Under the pieces are notes generated by a model, which searched no databases, was not told the DNA's origin, and saw only the letters and a program-made list of their open reading frames with translations. Source: Dehalococcoidia bacterium (GTDB lineage Bacteria > Chloroflexota > Dehalococcoidia > Plut-88900). From it: 64,000 nucleotides of DNA. Positions 11,546 to 19,952 of the stretch are shown here, in pieces. The stretch covers positions 672,001-736,000 of the forward strand of contig OZ240215.1 in assembly GCA_965197585.1 (NCBI GenBank), in the 5' to 3' direction. Made by a program: the position numbers and the translations under genes. Each line of letters begins with the position of its first letter. Positions within the stretch are counted from its first letter, which is position 1.

Positions 11546-12415
11546 CTATTCCCTTGACCGCTTAAGCTTGGGGGGTTGAAGGGCTTTGACGGTGCGATGG
11601 AGGTTTTGCATGGCGGGGTCGGTGAGTCGCAAAGAGTGGAGGGAAAGGCGGTCCATAAAGGCGGAGAGTGCGAGGGCGGGTATGGGGGACGAGGGCGAGG
11701 ATGGCTGCGAGTTCCCGCAGGCGGCGGGAGTTCTTGCCGTGCTTGAAAGCGTTGTAGTTTCCTTTGGGTGCGCCGGCGCCGGGCCGGCGGCCTCCTCTAG
11801 GCATGGGCGGCCTCCAATGGTCGGTGAGGGATATGCGGACTTGTGGGTGGGGGATGGGAGGGCGATGGAAGGTCCGAGACTCTTAACCAGGAAGACAACG
11901 ACACCTGCGTCGACGCGGTTGGTCCGCCTAAGCGGATGTTTTGCGTCGGCGGCAATCCTGGGTGATCCCCACGCGTGTCTGAGGAGACTTACCGAAGTCG
12001 AGGGGGTCTCTGCGTGGGGCTTATCCGTGCGCCGGCAGCGCTCGACCGCTCCGGGGGACGGGTGTATAGACTCGACGCCGTGGTTAGCCGAACGGGGAAG
12101 TCCGGGGGTGACGGGTGTGGAGTCGTAAAAGGGCACGATGGCCCTGAACCTGAGCCCGAGATTAGCGGGCTGAGGGTAAACGCCGACTATGCGGATAGCG
12201 GCGGAGTAAACGCGCCGGGTGAGTGGAGCGTTGAATCGGCAAAGGTCCTTGGAAAGGGGTTGCCGCATATAGCCTATGGACCTTCCATCGCTTGGTAGGG
12301 GGTTGCTGGGGGACACGGTGAAGGAAGAGGAAGTGGGGAGGAGGCGCGTGCCGGGTGCCGGGCGGTCCCACACCGCCCGGGGTCGATGGGGCCTATGAAG
12401 GCTTGTGCGACTCAT
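11546..12415 (-). CDS. Hypothetical ORF, N-terminus paralogous to 56128..56874
   Basis: AAAGGAGT RBS + ATG; RAVWDRPAxGTRLL shared with the second copy; remainder low complexity, extent uncertain. Confidence 0.35.
   Translation of the reverse strand: MSRTSLHRPHRPRAVWDRPAPGTRLLPTSSSFTVSPSNPLPSDGRSIGYMRQPLSKDLCRFNAPLTRRVYSAAIRIVGVYPQPANLGLRFRAIVPFYDSTPVTPGLPRSANHGVESIHPSPGAVERCRRTDKPHAETPSTSVSLLRHAWGSPRIAADAKHPLRRTNRVDAGVVVFLVKSLGPSIALPSPTHKSAYPSPTIGGRPCLEEAAGPAPAHPKETTTLSSTARTPAACGNSQPSSPSSPIPALALSAFMDRLSLHSLRLTDPAMQNLHRTVKALQPPKLKRSRE
11562..11804 (-). CDS. Small basic protein with a GAPKGNxNAxKHG motif (terminase small subunit-like N-terminus), possibly frameshifted
   Basis: GGAGG RBS then MPRGGRRPGAGAPKGNYNAFKHG; a more protein-like C-terminus continues in another frame to the stop at 11546. 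Confidence 0.6.
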   Translation of the reverse strand: MPRGGRRPGAGAPKGNYNAFKHGKNSRRLRELAAILALVPHTRPRTLRLYGPPFPPLFATHRPRHAKPPSHRQSPSTPQA

Positions 12416-12474
12416 GGGACTCCTTTGTTCCTTTCCTGATTGGGCTCGACGTAGGGTGTCGAGGTCTGAGGGGT

Positions 12475-12504
12475 AATATAGTACATATGTTCACATCAGG
12501 TCAA
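12475..12504 (-). promoter_or_regulatory. Promoter with LexA-like box
   Basis: TTGACC-18 nt-TATATT containing GAAC-ATAT-GTAC (12481-12492). Confidence 0.6.
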
Positions 12505-12538
12505 GGGGTTGATGTCACTTTTTGCCAAGTGGGATCAA

Positions 12539-12840
12539 CCTCATCCTAGCCCTCTCCCGTCAAAGGGAGAGGGGATAGGACTCCGCCCCCCAGATTCCTC
12601 GCGGGGCCTCGGAATGACAGTGTAGGGGGGCTTGGTTGGGACGACGGCGGGCGTGACGGATTGGCGGAGGTGAGCCGCCCCCCGCTCGATCGTTCGATCC
12701 GCCTCAGCGGACTTATAGCAGACTCAGGGTGAGCGGGCCATCGGCCGGGGGATGGATTCACGCCTCGGCGCATCTTCGACCGGCTCTCGGCGGCCGGAAT
12801 GATCCGCCTAAGGCGGACAGGCTTCCCTCGGGGGTGGGTG
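12539..12840. repeat. Cluster of REP-like palindromes (three families plus nested TCCGCCT..GCGGA hairpins)
   Basis: CCTAGCCCTCTCCC..GGGAGAGGGG; AGATTCCTCGCG..CCTCGGAATGACA; CCGCTC..TTCGA..CTCAGGGTGAGCGG; each recurs elsewhere in the window. Confidence 0.8.
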
Positions 12841-12898
12841 GTAGCAAAGGGGAATGGCGAAAGGTAGAATAGCCCAATACTTTCGCCGGAGGTCATTG

Positions 12899-13888
12899 AT
12901 GGCCAAACCCAAGATTTACGTTACAAGACAGATATTCGATGAGGCTGTCGACCGTCTAAGAGAGGCGACCGACATGAAATACTGGGACTCGGAGATGCCG
13001 CCCTCTCGGGACGAGCTTCTTAGGGAAGTCCAGGATATAGACGGGTTGTTCTGCTTGCTGACGGAGAAGATTGACGCAGAACTTTTCGATGCTGCGCCCA
13101 ATCTGCGGGTGGTCAGCAACATGGCTGTCGGCTTCGACAACATTGACGTAGCCGAGGCGACCAAGCGGGGTATCCCGGTGGGGAACACGCCGGGCGTTCT
13201 GACCGAGACGACGGCGGACTTCGCCTTTGCGTTGCTTATGGCAGCAGGCCGGAGGGTGTCGGAAGGAGACCGGTACACGAGGGCCGGAAACTGGAAGACC
13301 TGGGGACCGATGGTGCTGCTGGGACAGGACATCCACGGTTCGACGCTGGGGATCATCGGGTTTGGACGGATTGGGGTGGAGATGGCGAAACGGGCCAAGG
13401 GATTCGGCATGAACATCGTCTACTACGACGTGATTCGCAACGAGGAGAGGGAAAAAGAGTACGGGGCGACATACTGCGCCGACGTTAAGGAACTCCTTGC
13501 TCAGTCCGACTTCGTGAGCATTCACGTAAACCTTACCCCCGAGACCCGGCACCTGATAAACTCGGACACCCTTTCGGGGATGAAGTCGACGGCGGTATTG
13601 GTGAACACTTCGAGGGGCCCGGTTGTCGATCAGACGGCGCTGTACCATGCGCTGAAGGATGGGACGATAGGAGCGGCAGGGTTGGATGTGACAGAGGTAG
13701 AGCCTATCTCTATGGATGACCCACTGCTTACCCTGGAGAACGTGATCATTGCTCCGCACATTGCGAGCGGGAGCGTGGTGACGCGCACCAAAATGTCTCT
13801 GATGGCCGTCGACAACTTGATGGCGGGCCTGAATGGGGAGCCGCTGCCGAACACACCCAACCCTGAAGTCCGGGGCGCAAAGACGTAG
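12899..13888 (+). CDS. D-glycerate dehydrogenase/glyoxylate reductase (D-2-hydroxyacid dehydrogenase)
   Basis: NMAVGFDNID, NTPGVLTETTAD, GFGRIG, NTSRGPVV, EP, PHIAS; GGAGG RBS. Confidence 0.93.
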   Translation: MAKPKIYVTRQIFDEAVDRLREATDMKYWDSEMPPSRDELLREVQDIDGLFCLLTEKIDAELFDAAPNLRVVSNMAVGFDNIDVAEATKRGIPVGNTPGVLTETTADFAFALLMAAGRRVSEGDRYTRAGNWKTWGPMVLLGQDIHGSTLGIIGFGRIGVEMAKRAKGFGMNIVYYDVIRNEEREKEYGATYCADVKELLAQSDFVSIHVNLTPETRHLINSDTLSGMKSTAVLVNTSRGPVVDQTALYHALKDGTIGAAGLDVTEVEPISMDDPLLTLENVIIAPHIASGSVVTRTKMSLMAVDNLMAGLNGEPLPNTPNPEVRGAKT

Positions 13889-13893
13889 ATGGG

Positions 13894-16110
13894 TTGACCA
13901 AAGGCCGCGGGCGCCGTCCGAGAGTCGGGCCTGGGCCAAGGATGCTCCTCACGGCATCAGCGCTGCTGGCGCTGGCATTGGTGCTGGCCGTGTCTATAGC
14001 ATATGGGCAACCAGTAGCGGCAACGGAAGATGAGCCGGACTGGGTCCAGGCTCGGCTGGATGCCTACGCCACGCTGTTCAACATTACACCCGAGGGTCGG
14101 GACGTGATTGCTTCCCTTGATGTACGGCAGATAGAGGGGCGGCCCGCGTGGTACGGGAGCACGGGTTACCGGGGTTTCACGGGTATGGGGCAGGCGAGGC
14201 CCGACATCGTAGCTCACGAACTGGGTCATGCCTACTGGGGGGCATTCCCGGTAACGGGACACCCCGAACTCTCTTGGGAAGTGGCTCAAGGGGAAACGAT
14301 ACCGTCGGCGATGGAGCGGTATCACGAAGACCTGTTACGTTTCATGCTCCAGCCCCCGGACAGGTACGAGCCCTTGAGGGAGCGATTCAGGAATTTTCCC
14401 AACCTCAACCAGGGCCGGCTGCCGGACCTGATCCACGCGGGCGAAGCCGACATTCCGAGGCTCACAGCAGGAGACCTGGGACTGGTTCCGCCCATATTAC
14501 GGAAGTACTTCGACCAGTACATGTCTGACGGAGAGTACGAGACGTGGGCCGATTTGATGGGATGGTATGCGGATCTAGGGCCCGAGGATAAACGGCTAAC
14601 CGACGGCTATCTTCAGATTGCGCATATACCGAGGGATGCGTACTCGGGGGTGGGGAGGGGTGAGGGGTTGGGGTTGGACGAAGATGTGAGGGACATACTT
14701 GTCGGGGAGGAGAGGCAGCGGCTTATCGATTTCGTAGAGCAGTTTGGCTTGGTGCTCGGCGACGATGACAGCCTGAGGGACGCCGTAAACGTAGACCGGG
14801 GATTTCCGTTCTGGAGGAGTTACCTGCGTGAGATGTTCGCAATCTACAAGCGGCACCCGGGCTTGGTTGAGGAATACGAGAGCGCCGGGACTGAAGACTC
14901 AATTGCGGTTGCATTCGAGGCGCTGGAGTCGGCGATGGGGCGGGGGCATGGCGAGGCGGTTGAGTATCTGACCAAGAAACTTGAGGAGGACGCTTTCCTC
15001 TACAACTTCCTGCCGGTCCTGGACAACCGACTTCTTTTGGCGGTGCTGGAACCGGAGGAGGAAGACGTAGCGACACACGCCCTGCCGAAGGGAGCCTCAG
15101 CGTTTGTGGAAGAGCTGCGTCATCATATTGGTGACGTTGAGATGATCCTCGAGGCGGGGGAGGGGGACCCGGAAGCCGGGGCACGGGCGCTGGAGCAGCA
15201 TGTGAGATCGCTGGGGCTGAGCGATCCGACGAAACTGCAGCAGAACGTGGACACGATCCTGGAACTGCTTTTCAGCACCGACAGGCAGGCAGCAGAGGCA
15301 ATTCTGGAAAACATAAGTGATGAGGCCGTGGTGGATTTCCTAGAGTTGAGCCCGGCCCAGGCCCGACAGAGGTTGCGGCCAGCGAAACTTGTCGATGCTC
15401 TGGGGATTAATGGAGATGCCGGGTCGGAGGAGTTCACGGAGGGACTCAGGATGCTTTTTGACAACAGCTCAGGGAACTTTGTAATCGACAGGGCGGCGAA
15501 TGAGGAGGCTTATGAGAGAGTCGTGGCAAGGGGGTCAAATGACCCGGAGGGGACACTCGCGATTATCAGGGAAGTGAGGCCGCGGGTGTCGGAGCTCATA
15601 GCATATAAGCCGGAGGAGGTGTTGGAGATTCTGAGTTCGGACTTGGAGACGACGTTGGACCTGGTGTTGGAGTCGGGGCCTGTGCGGGTACCTCCGGCTC
15701 GGCTCATATATTGGATTGCGTACTTCGACGCCGATTTCGCTGCCGAAATAGTGTCGGGGCTGAGGGCTCGGGGGGAGGACGAGGTGGTGTATGAGTCGGT
15801 GGCCTACTTCGCCTACGACCTGGAGCGGTCTCGGGAGTACCCGAACCAAAGGATATCCTTAGAGCGAGACGGGGAGTTTCTTCTGGGACTACTCAGCAGA
15901 AATGGGGCCTGGAGATTGAGCAGGATGATGAATGGAGCGATCGAGAAGTACCGGATGGAAGTCTGGATAGGAAACGTCGACGGGGACTTTCTGGACGCCT
16001 ACGGAGAGACGTTGCTGGAGGCGGTGTCGACAATATCGGGAGCGAAGGACAGGGTGTTGCTGGAACGGGTGATTGGGGAGGCGTTTGGGGTGGGGAGGCC
16101 GCATTTATGA
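13894..16110 (+). CDS. Large secreted hypothetical protein with HExxH motif
   Basis: Signal-like LLALALVLAVSIA, AHELGH motif, acidic helical C-terminal region; start may be the ATG near 13942. Confidence 0.75.
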   Translation: MTKGRGRRPRVGPGPRMLLTASALLALALVLAVSIAYGQPVAATEDEPDWVQARLDAYATLFNITPEGRDVIASLDVRQIEGRPAWYGSTGYRGFTGMGQARPDIVAHELGHAYWGAFPVTGHPELSWEVAQGETIPSAMERYHEDLLRFMLQPPDRYEPLRERFRNFPNLNQGRLPDLIHAGEADIPRLTAGDLGLVPPILRKYFDQYMSDGEYETWADLMGWYADLGPEDKRLTDGYLQIAHIPRDAYSGVGRGEGLGLDEDVRDILVGEERQRLIDFVEQFGLVLGDDDSLRDAVNVDRGFPFWRSYLREMFAIYKRHPGLVEEYESAGTEDSIAVAFEALESAMGRGHGEAVEYLTKKLEEDAFLYNFLPVLDNRLLLAVLEPEEEDVATHALPKGASAFVEELRHHIGDVEMILEAGEGDPEAGARALEQHVRSLGLSDPTKLQQNVDTILELLFSTDRQAAEAILENISDEAVVDFLELSPAQARQRLRPAKLVDALGINGDAGSEEFTEGLRMLFDNSSGNFVIDRAANEEAYERVVARGSNDPEGTLAIIREVRPRVSELIAYKPEEVLEILSSDLETTLDLVLESGPVRVPPARLIYWIAYFDADFAAEIVSGLRARGEDEVVYESVAYFAYDLERSREYPNQRISLERDGEFLLGLLSRNGAWRLSRMMNGAIEKYRMEVWIGNVDGDFLDAYGETLLEAVSTISGAKDRVLLERVIGEAFGVGRPHL

Positions 16111-16230
16111 GTCGGGGATGGTTTGGTCGGGGGCGTAGAGATGTGTAGAATTGCGGGGAGTGATGAGGGCATTTTGCGAACGTTGTCAGCGGGTGAGGCG
16201 CGCGACGCTCAGTACAAAGCGATCCCGCAT

Positions 16231-16334
16231 CGCTCGACCCTTCGAGGGCCTCAGGGTGAGCGGCCCCACCGCCACGCAACCCTTAGACAGGGTGAGAGTG
16301 GAGCGTCGGGCGGTTCACGAACCGCCCCTACGGG
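16231..16334. repeat. REP-like palindromes including a GTAG-type REP
   Basis: CGCTCGACCCTTCGAGGGCCTCAGGGTGAGCGG; minus strand GTAGGGGCGGTTCGTGAACCGCCC (16307-16331). Confidence 0.7.
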
Positions 16335-16367
16335 GGAGATGGCCAGTACAGATAGATGGGAGATATT

Positions 16368-17066
16368 GTGAGCGATAGTAATAACGGCAGATCGTATGTT
16401 AAATACACGTTCTTCAAGGCTGACAGGTCGTGGCGCGGGCTTTCGGATGGTGAAAAGTCACAGGGCAGGGGGCAGTTCCTGGCGATTCTCGACGAGTTTT
16501 CGGACAGGATGATGGTGAAGAGCTACAGCACCGTCGGGACCAGGGGAGATGCAGACCTGCTGATCTGGAACGCCTGCGATCAGCTGGAGCCGATTCAACA
16601 GCTGACCTCGGCATTACTTTCGACGGGCTTGGGCTGCCACCTGGAGACGCCGTATTCCTACCTTGCGATGACCAGGAAGTCGATATACACGGATAAGCAC
16701 CGGCACCCGGGACAAGAGGGAAGCAGGCTGAAGATCACACCGACGGAGGCGAAATACCTGTTCGTCTACCCTTTCGTGAAGACTCGGGCCTGGTACGCGC
16801 TGGACAAGTCGACTCGACAGGGAATGATGGACTCCCACATCACCATGGGACACAAGTACCCTTCGGTGAAAATCAATACCAGCTATTCATTCGGGCTGGA
16901 CGACCAGGAATTTATGGTGTCCTTCGAGACGGACAGCCCTTCCGACTTTCTGGACCTTGTGATGGCGCTGCGGGGGACGGAAGCGAGCTCCTACACCCTT
17001 AGCGACACACCCATATTCACGTGCGTATCCATGAGCCACATGGAAGCGCTGGAGATGCTCGGCTAA
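16368..17066 (+). CDS. Chlorite dismutase family protein, probable coproheme decarboxylase (ChdC/HemQ)
   Basis: YSTVGTRGDAD, FVYPFVKTRAWY, distal HITMG, YSFGLDDQEF, DTPIFT; start may be 16356. Confidence 0.85.
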   Translation: MSDSNNGRSYVKYTFFKADRSWRGLSDGEKSQGRGQFLAILDEFSDRMMVKSYSTVGTRGDADLLIWNACDQLEPIQQLTSALLSTGLGCHLETPYSYLAMTRKSIYTDKHRHPGQEGSRLKITPTEAKYLFVYPFVKTRAWYALDKSTRQGMMDSHITMGHKYPSVKINTSYSFGLDDQEFMVSFETDSPSDFLDLVMALRGTEASSYTLSDTPIFTCVSMSHMEALEMLG

Positions 17067-17076
17067 CGCTGTCGCA

Positions 17077-18231
17077 CTAACCGACGGCGGCTTGCGGAGC
17101 CTCGACGAGGGGAATGACCTTCTCGGCGAAGAGCTCAATGGAGCGCATCACGTCGCGATGGTCTAAGCCGGGCATAGCCATGAGTGTTAACAGGCTCTCA
17201 AGCTGGTACTCCCGCCCAATGCCCCGGATCTTCTCGGCGACAAACTCCGGGTCTCCGATGAGGATGTGGTCCTTGTCCATCAGGAAGTCGAACCACGGCT
17301 TGGCGTTGTCTTCGTCGGTAAGCTCTTCGCCAGGGTCCAGATAGATAGAACGGGCACGGACACCACCAACATATTTGCAGAGTTGGTTGAGAGGTCCTTC
17401 GGCGATTCTGCGGGCCTCCTCCATAGTCTCGGCGACGAAGGTGGTGCGAAGAAGTGCGCAGTCTTCGCCGAGGGCCATGGGCCGGCCGTTGACGCGGGTT
17501 GCGGCCTCCTGGTAGGTGGAGAAGGCCTCTCGGAGACCGTTGCGGGCCCGTAGCCAAGTCATGGGCTTGAGCCCGAGCTCTGCGGCGACGACAAAACCGG
17601 GAGTCTTGTCGACCACGTTCCAGAGTGGGGGGGTGGGGGTCTGGAGGGGCTTGGGCTGAACGGACATGCCTATGTACTCGCCCGTATCGGAGCGGTACCT
17701 GGGGTCTCGGGGGAGCCAGGAGTGGCTGTCCTGGACGCCGGGATGGGGAAACTTGTAGAACTCCCCGTCCCAGGTGAACGGGTCTTCTGTCCAGGCCCGT
17801 TTCATGATCTCTACGGTTTCGGTGAAGAGACGCCAGTTCTTCTCGTCATTACGGCGGTCGGCGTCGATGTTGAGGTTGGTGAGTTCTCTGGGGAAGATGC
17901 CTCGTCCGACACCGCACTCGACGCGGCCGCCGCTTAGCTGGTCGAGCATGGCGACATCTTCGGCGATTCGAAGAGGGTGCCACTGGGGTACTATTACGGC
18001 GGCAAGGCCCAGCCGGATGGTGGTGGTCTGAGCAGCGAGGTGGGAGAGAATCATCAGCGGGTTGGGGATGCAGTCATATCCCTCTCCTCCGAAGTGATGT
18101 TCTCCGAGCCACACGCCGTTGAATCCAGCCTGCTCGACGGCTTGGGTCTGTTCGGAAAGCTCGGTCAGGATCTGGTTATAGGGAATTTCAAGTCCAGGGT
18201 TATCCAGGACGGAAAAATATCCGAATTGCAA
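17077..18231 (-). CDS. LLM-class flavin-dependent oxidoreductase
   Basis: WLGEHHF, HPLRIAEDVAMLDQLSGGR, QPKPLQ.P.PP. Confidence 0.93.
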   Translation of the reverse strand: MQFGYFSVLDNPGLEIPYNQILTELSEQTQAVEQAGFNGVWLGEHHFGGEGYDCIPNPLMILSHLAAQTTTIRLGLAAVIVPQWHPLRIAEDVAMLDQLSGGRVECGVGRGIFPRELTNLNIDADRRNDEKNWRLFTETVEIMKRAWTEDPFTWDGEFYKFPHPGVQDSHSWLPRDPRYRSDTGEYIGMSVQPKPLQTPTPPLWNVVDKTPGFVVAAELGLKPMTWLRARNGLREAFSTYQEAATRVNGRPMALGEDCALLRTTFVAETMEEARRIAEGPLNQLCKYVGGVRARSIYLDPGEELTDEDNAKPWFDFLMDKDHILIGDPEFVAEKIRGIGREYQLESLLTLMAMPGLDHRDVMRSIELFAEKVIPLVEAPQAAVG

Positions 18232-18392
18232 GGGCGCACCCCCTGTTTACTGGTCTTTTGGAAGGTCAAGCTTAGCATAGCCGGATATTTGCGTCCATGA
18301 ATGAAGAGTGATGGTGAAACGAGGCCATTGGGCCCGATCCCTGTGCTAAAATCGCCCAATCCGTCCGGCATCGAACTGCTGGAGCTTTCAGG

Positions 18393-19157
18393 ATGCAATA
18401 CCGTTACATAAACCTCCAACTAAATGGCTCCGTCGCCCTAGTTACATTGAAGGGGGACGATGCGTCGAACCGCGTGAACGCGCAGATGTCCGAGGACTTG
18501 AGCGTTGCATGTGAATCTATTGTGGATGGGGGAATCGTTCGGGTGGTGGTGGTGATGGGGGAGGGGTCAATGTTCTCCGGAGGGACGGAAGAGGCGGTGA
18601 GAGAGATGCGAGAGGGGGGTGGGGAGGGGATGATCGGAGCTTCGGGGCATATTGCCCGGCTGCCGATGCCGGTCATCGCAGCGATGAACGGGGATGTATC
18701 AGGTTTGGGGCTGGAGCTGGCCCTGGCCTGCGACCTGCGTGTCGCATCCGACGAGGCGGCTTTCGCAATGGACCAGATCCGGTTTGGGATGATGCCCTGG
18801 GACGGGGGAACACAACGGCTTCCGAGGCTGGTGGGGAGGGGACGGGGGGCGGCGATGGTTTTGACAGGGATGAAGGTGAGCGCCGAGGAGGCCCTGGGTA
18901 TGGGGCTGGTACATGCCGTGTTTCCGAAGGACACTCTCTGGGATGAGGCCCTGAGTTTAGCCCGCAAGATAGGCGAACATGCTCCGATAGCCTTGGAGTA
19001 TGCAAAGGAAACCATAGGCAAGGGCATGGACATGACTCTGGACCAGGGCCTCAGGCTGGAGCAGGACCTGACGGTAATCCTGCAGTCGACAGCGGACCGG
19101 GCCGAAGGGATAAGGTCATTCCTTGAGAAGCGAAAGCCCGAGTTCCACGGTGAATAG
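18393..19157 (+). CDS. Enoyl-CoA hydratase/isomerase family protein
   Basis: GLGLELALACDLR, GGTQRLPRLVG, EGIRSFLEKRKPEF. Confidence 0.9.
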   Translation: MQYRYINLQLNGSVALVTLKGDDASNRVNAQMSEDLSVACESIVDGGIVRVVVVMGEGSMFSGGTEEAVREMREGGGEGMIGASGHIARLPMPVIAAMNGDVSGLGLELALACDLRVASDEAAFAMDQIRFGMMPWDGGTQRLPRLVGRGRGAAMVLTGMKVSAEEALGMGLVHAVFPKDTLWDEALSLARKIGEHAPIALEYAKETIGKGMDMTLDQGLRLEQDLTVILQSTADRAEGIRSFLEKRKPEFHGE

Positions 19158-19164
19158 CGACTCC

Positions 19165-19896
19165 ATGAGCAGCTTCGAGACTGTAATTTATGAAAGGCAG
19201 GGGCCTTTGGCCCGTATCGAGCTGAACAGGCCACGGGTCCTTAACGCGTACAACGTGCAGATGCGGGACGACCTATATGAGGCGTTGACCGCGGTCTCCA
19301 TCGACCCGGACGTGAGGGCGCTGGTGATCTCCGGGGCGGGGGATAGGGCGTTCTGTGCGGGGGCGGACCTCACGGAGTTCGGGACTGCGCCTTCACAGAG
19401 GATAGCGAGGCAGGTGCGGTGGGAGCGGGATGTGTGGGGGCTGCTGATGGACCTTCCCATACCGACGATAGCCGCTCTCCATGGGTACGTTTTTGGGTCG
19501 GGGCTGGAGCTTGCGCTTTGCTGCGACATAAGAATTGCGGCGCCGAATGCGATATTCGGACTGCCGGAGACTTCGCTGGGTTTCATCCCGGCGGCGGGGG
19601 CGACTCAGACTTTGCCAAGGGCCGTAGGCTCGGGGTCTGCGCTGTGGGCCTTACTTACAGCAGAGCGGATGAACGCGACGCGGGCCCTTTCGATGGGCCT
19701 GATCAGCGAAATTACGCCGGAGGGCGGGCTTTTGACGCGATGTGATGAGATGGTCCTGGGGTTCTTAGACTCGGGAGCCGAGGCTCTTGGGGCGGCGAAG
19801 GCAGCCATGCGCCGGGGTTTAGACATGCCGTTAGGGGAGGGGTTGGGGGTGGAAGTCGGGCTGGCGCGCGGGTTGCTGCGGGTCTGCAATAGATAA
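19165..19896 (+). CDS. Enoyl-CoA hydratase/isomerase family protein
   Basis: LNRPRVLNA, AFCAGADL, GSGLELALCCD, GLPE. Confidence 0.9.
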   Translation: MSSFETVIYERQGPLARIELNRPRVLNAYNVQMRDDLYEALTAVSIDPDVRALVISGAGDRAFCAGADLTEFGTAPSQRIARQVRWERDVWGLLMDLPIPTIAALHGYVFGSGLELALCCDIRIAAPNAIFGLPETSLGFIPAAGATQTLPRAVGSGSALWALLTAERMNATRALSMGLISEITPEGGLLTRCDEMVLGFLDSGAEALGAAKAAMRRGLDMPLGEGLGVEVGLARGLLRVCNR

Positions 19897-19952
19897 TCCT
19901 TGATGACCGCGATAGAATAGTTGCCCAAAGCCTAAAAACCGAGGAACGCGGA

